DNA of 64,000 nucleotides from a virus (taxonomy: Duplodnaviria > Heunggongvirae > Uroviricota > Caudoviricetes). The DNA lies in the IMG/VR virus record IMGVR_UViG_3300038443_000660, positions 130,082-194,081 of that record; one strand, written 5' to 3'. The notes beneath the pieces are model-generated. The model was not told the origin of the DNA and ran no database searches. It saw nothing but the letters and a program-made list of their open reading frames with translations. Positions within the stretch are counted from its first letter, which is position 1. Each line of letters starts with the position of its first letter. Both the position numbers and the translations under genes were made by a program. This document shows positions 60,640 through 64,000 of the stretch, piece by piece.

Positions 60640-62055
60640 ATGTCTCATAAAATTAATATTCCTTCCAAAGAAGAACTTGAAAAAAAATATATAGAATTGA
60701 TTTCTATATCGGCGGTGGCTCGTTATTTCAATACATCTAACCCAACTGTTAGAAAGTGGTTGATAAACTACGGTATCGAACGTAAATCACATGCGGTTGC
60801 ATCGGCAGGCGTAAATCGAATAGAAAAACCAAAAACAAGATTATCCGACGAAACGTATAAAAAGCTGAACAGCTACGACTACCTGTATGATGCTCGTATC
60901 AATCGCAAGCTTTCCTATGAGAATATCGGGAAGGAACTAGGTTGTTCTGAAATACCTGTCAAAGCAGCCTGTATAGCGCTTGACATTCCAAAAGTTCGAC
61001 ATAATGAATCTCAACCCATGGTTATGGTAAAACTGCGTGATAAGACGTGGTTGACCGAAAAGCATATTAATCAGCACGTTACTCTCCAAGATATTGCTAA
61101 TGAAATAGGCTCATCCAAAGCAACAGTATCTGTATGGATGCGGTATCATGGCATAATCACAAATAACCCAAACTCGTATGATAGAGTGGGATGCTCGTCC
61201 AAAGAATGTGACGAACTTTCTGATTTTATTAAATCATTGGGATTTGATATAGAAACAAACAACAGAACGATATTGAATGGTTTTGAACTAGATATCGTGG
61301 TCCCCTCAAAGAAAATAGCTTTTGAATACAATGGTGTGTTTTCTCATCTGTTTAGACCAGAAGAAAGTAAATTTTCTACAAGGAAGGATGCGAAATATCA
61401 CTTATTCAAAACCGAAGAATCAAAACGTCATGGATATGATTTAATTCATATTTTTTCGGATGATTGGAAGTACAGAAACGAAATTTGTAAATCGATCATC
61501 CGATCTAAACTTGGTGTTTCTGATAGATTATTTGGCAGAAAGTGTTTAATAAAACGTGTTTCGTCAAAAGCTAAATCAGAATTTCTAAATTTAAACCATA
61601 TTCAGGGAAACGACAAATCCACTATATATTATGGATTGATATATGAAGATGTGCTAGTGGCCGTAATGACATTCTGTAAATCAAGATATAATAAACATTT
61701 TGATTGGGAGTTGAGTAGATTTGCATCAAAATGTGGAATTACAATCGTTGGTGGCTTTTCAAAATTGTTAAAGCGATTTGAAAGTGAATTTTCAGGCTCA
61801 ATTATAAGTTATGCAGATAGGTCACGTTCCAATGGAAATGTATACAGAAATAACGGTTTCACACTAATTAAAACAAACCCTCCCGGTTATTCATATGTGA
61901 ATTTAAATATGTCTGAACAGCGCTTTCATAGAGCCGCATTCATGAAAAAACGGATTGCTCCCAATGATACAAGAACCGAACGTGAAATAATGCGAGAGAG
62001 GGGATACCACCAAATTTTTGATTGTGGTTCTCTTGCATTTGGCAAAAATATCTGA
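60640..62055 (+). mobile_element. Hef-like homing endonuclease: HTH repeats + PD-(D/E)XK domain + GNAT/Mom-like domain
   Basis: Three HTH-like repeats; ELDI.VP..KIAFEYNG..SH; NHIQG, WELSRFA, SYAD....G.VY...GF; ATG 60640 preferred because 60610 lies inside the hairpin. Confidence 0.75.
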
Positions 62056-62117
62056 TGCATTTGCTAGGAAGGGGGAATCTTGATGCTTCGTTCAGGTAAA
62101 CGTAAGCAGTTTTAGTA

Positions 62118-62150
62118 AAAAGAAAGGGGCCATATTGGCCCCTTTCTTTT
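62118..62150. terminator. bidirectional terminator
   Basis: AAAAGAAAGGGGCCA-TAT-TGGCCCCTTTCTTTT between convergent genes. Confidence 0.88.
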
Positions 62151-62166
62151 GGATAATCTATGTAGA

Positions 62167-63552
62167 TTACATAAGGTTCTTGATTACAAAACCACGGTAG
62201 TACATGTTCTTCTTAGAAGAAGCAATCGCACCATCAGCCGCTGTAGTAGCGAATGGGTGAGCGACCATGCCGTACCTAGTCTTAAATCCAATCTTTGGTT
62301 GGAATGAGTCCTGACCAACGGCACGATACATTTGCAGCGGAACGTATGGGCAGTAGAAGATACCAGCATCGAATGGTGAAGTACCCTTATAACCAACTAC
62401 GGCAAGGTGATTACCGGCAGATGAATTTGCATAAGGATCGATATAAACCTTGTACTGGCCGAACAGAGTACCAGCAAAAGTGTTACCAGTGTCGTCAACT
62501 TCAAGTGTTTCTCTTTCCATAGCAGACTTGTAGTCAAGGTAGCCAGCCATACGGAAGGCAGATGCTACGTCTGATGAACAGAGAACGAAGTTACCCTTAC
62601 CACGACGAGTAGCCTTGGCAATTTGGTTAGCTTCACGTTCAATCTGGAACAGAAGACCCTTAAACTTTTCAACCATCCAGCGACCGTTTGAGTCAACGTC
62701 AAGGTCGAATGAACCAGCAGCAGCGGTATTCTCTTGTGCGCCGATAGTAGCGGTCTTATAGATTGAACGAATAACTTCACGGTTGATTTCAGCAAGAATT
62801 TCACCAGACAGAATGTTAGACAGTTCTGTTTCAGCATCCAGACCATGAACGTTCTTCAAGTCCTGTGCCAATTCGTGTGAATATTCAGCCTTCAAAGCAC
62901 GAGATACAGCTTCTACAGCTACTTTCTCGATGCTGAATGACATTTCGTTGAAAGCGTTACCGGGAGCATCACCAAGTGCTTCGGCAGCGTTACGTGTCAT
63001 ACCCTTTGCATATGTATAGGTAGTGTTAGCACCAGTAATGAGCGTTGAAGGGTCAGAACCGGCCTGTGCGCCACCAACAGCAGCCAATGATGTAGCGTTA
63101 GCAGTACCATTAGCAGCCTGTGAAGATGAAGACCAATGAGTAAGAGCCTCATTGTAGAAAGCTTCTGTACCATCCTGCTTACCATAACGTGAACGGAGAG
63201 CAAATACCAAGCCAGTAGGCATTGACATAGGCTGAACACCGCAAAGGTCATAAGCAATAAGGTTAGGCATTGAACGGCGGATCAAGGAAATCAATACAGG
63301 ATCGTATGTATCGATAGAGCCATCACCAGCAGTTGAGGATGAATTACCCATAGAGTTAGTAGGGGCAGCTTCAAGCAAGTAAGTCAGAGACTGTGTACGG
63401 TCACGAGAAATGGTTTCCATGTTTGACTTAAGCTGATTTTCCAGAAGCACAGCAGTTGTAGTTCTGCGATGAGCATCACGAATCTTTGGAAAATCTTCAT
63501 GGTCAAGGATTGGTTCCCATTTTTCCATTAATGTATTGATATCATATTCCAT
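62167..63552 (-). CDS. gp23: major capsid protein
   Basis: DPVLISLIRRSMPNLIAYD.CGVQPM..PTGL.FA, SRALKAEYS.ELAQDLK.VHGLDAE, FYCPYVPLQM. Confidence 0.97.
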   Translation of the reverse strand: MEYDINTLMEKWEPILDHEDFPKIRDAHRRTTTAVLLENQLKSNMETISRDRTQSLTYLLEAAPTNSMGNSSSTAGDGSIDTYDPVLISLIRRSMPNLIAYDLCGVQPMSMPTGLVFALRSRYGKQDGTEAFYNEALTHWSSSSQAANGTANATSLAAVGGAQAGSDPSTLITGANTTYTYAKGMTRNAAEALGDAPGNAFNEMSFSIEKVAVEAVSRALKAEYSHELAQDLKNVHGLDAETELSNILSGEILAEINREVIRSIYKTATIGAQENTAAAGSFDLDVDSNGRWMVEKFKGLLFQIEREANQIAKATRRGKGNFVLCSSDVASAFRMAGYLDYKSAMERETLEVDDTGNTFAGTLFGQYKVYIDPYANSSAGNHLAVVGYKGTSPFDAGIFYCPYVPLQMYRAVGQDSFQPKIGFKTRYGMVAHPFATTAADGAIASSKKNMYYRGFVIKNLM

Positions 63553-63586
63553 TTTATCTTTTCTCCTTGTAGGAATTTCTTATTAT

Positions 63587-63594
63587 TATTTATA
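63587..63594 (-). promoter_or_regulatory. T4-type late promoter for gp23
   Basis: TATAAATA. Confidence 0.75.
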
Positions 63595-63596
63595 TT

Positions 63597-64000
63597 TTAT
63601 CGATTTTTACGACTATTCTTGGTAATCGAAGCAGCGATTGCGAACCCAATAGGATTTGCAAGCTTTTCCTTAGAAGAAACTTCTTCCGTTAGAATAACTG
63701 GTTCGTCATCAGCATCGACAGAATTAGTTTTTACTTCCGTGTTGAAATATGACTCTTTCAATTCTTCGATTTGTGTACCAAAATCATCTGCATTTTCGAA
63801 ATCTACACTTTCGGACAGCATACGAAGTCTTTCCTTCTGATTATCAGAAAGACCATCAAAGTGTTCAGCAAGAAGTGCTTCTTTCTTTACTTCAACCAAT
63901 TCAGCTTGAAGATCGACATTCTTATTAATTTCTTCGTTCAGAGTTGCTTCTACAGACTCAAGCTTGGCTACAAGCTGTTCAACGATATCAACCTTTTCAT
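63597..64000 (-). CDS. gp22: prohead core scaffold (5' part outside window)
   Basis: Frame open to the window edge; L...QKE.L..L.E.V.FE....F...LKESYF. Confidence 0.85.
   Translation of the reverse strand, partial: EKVDIVEQLVAKLESVEATLNEEINKNVDLQAELVEVKKEALLAEHFDGLSDNQKERLRMLSESVDFENADDFGTQIEELKESYFNTEVKTNSVDADDEPVILTEEVSSKEKLANPIGFAIAASITKNSRKNR

Noticed and set aside
62084-62112. SRP RNA domain IV look-alike (CAGG...AGCAG)
   Set aside because: No GNRA tetraloop, the stem is too short, and there is no flanking SRP helix.
1-64000. CRISPR arrays, stop-codon reassignment, inteins or introns in gp43, gp41 and nrdJ
   Set aside because: No spaced direct repeats were seen; core genes read full length in the standard code at expected sizes with no intein or intron signatures.

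Overview
This window is about 64 kb of a large, AT-rich T4-like myovirus genome. It contains the T4 core replication and transcription set (gp61, gp3, uvsY, uvsW, gp55, gp47, gp46, gp45, gp44, gp62, regA, gp43, uvsX, gp41), the major capsid gene gp23 and a truncated gp22. It also has nucleotide metabolism genes (class II RNR, ThyX, thymidine kinase, glutaredoxin, MazG-like and NDT-like proteins), a holin-spanin cluster, two DNA methyltransferases and two tRNAs. A RopB/Omp25-like outer-membrane gene and many TTGACA-N17-TATATT-type promoters suggest a Rhizobiales host (inference). The most notable unexplained items are: (1) a translationally coupled MotA/ExbB-like + ExbD/DUF2135-like + Pro-rich membrane triad beside a late-transcribed tRNA-Met (1251-2849); (2) a self-contained ~107-nt sRNA-like unit with promoter, two hairpins with C-rich anti-SD-like loops and a terminator (60521-60627); (3) gp43 and uvsW, whose conserved N-termini appear reachable only from AUU start codons; (4) a Thg1-like 3'-5' polymerase plus several ligase, nucleotidyltransferase and 2H proteins that may form an RNA-repair or anti-defence toolkit. 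All family assignments come from motif recognition by eye; no database searches were run.
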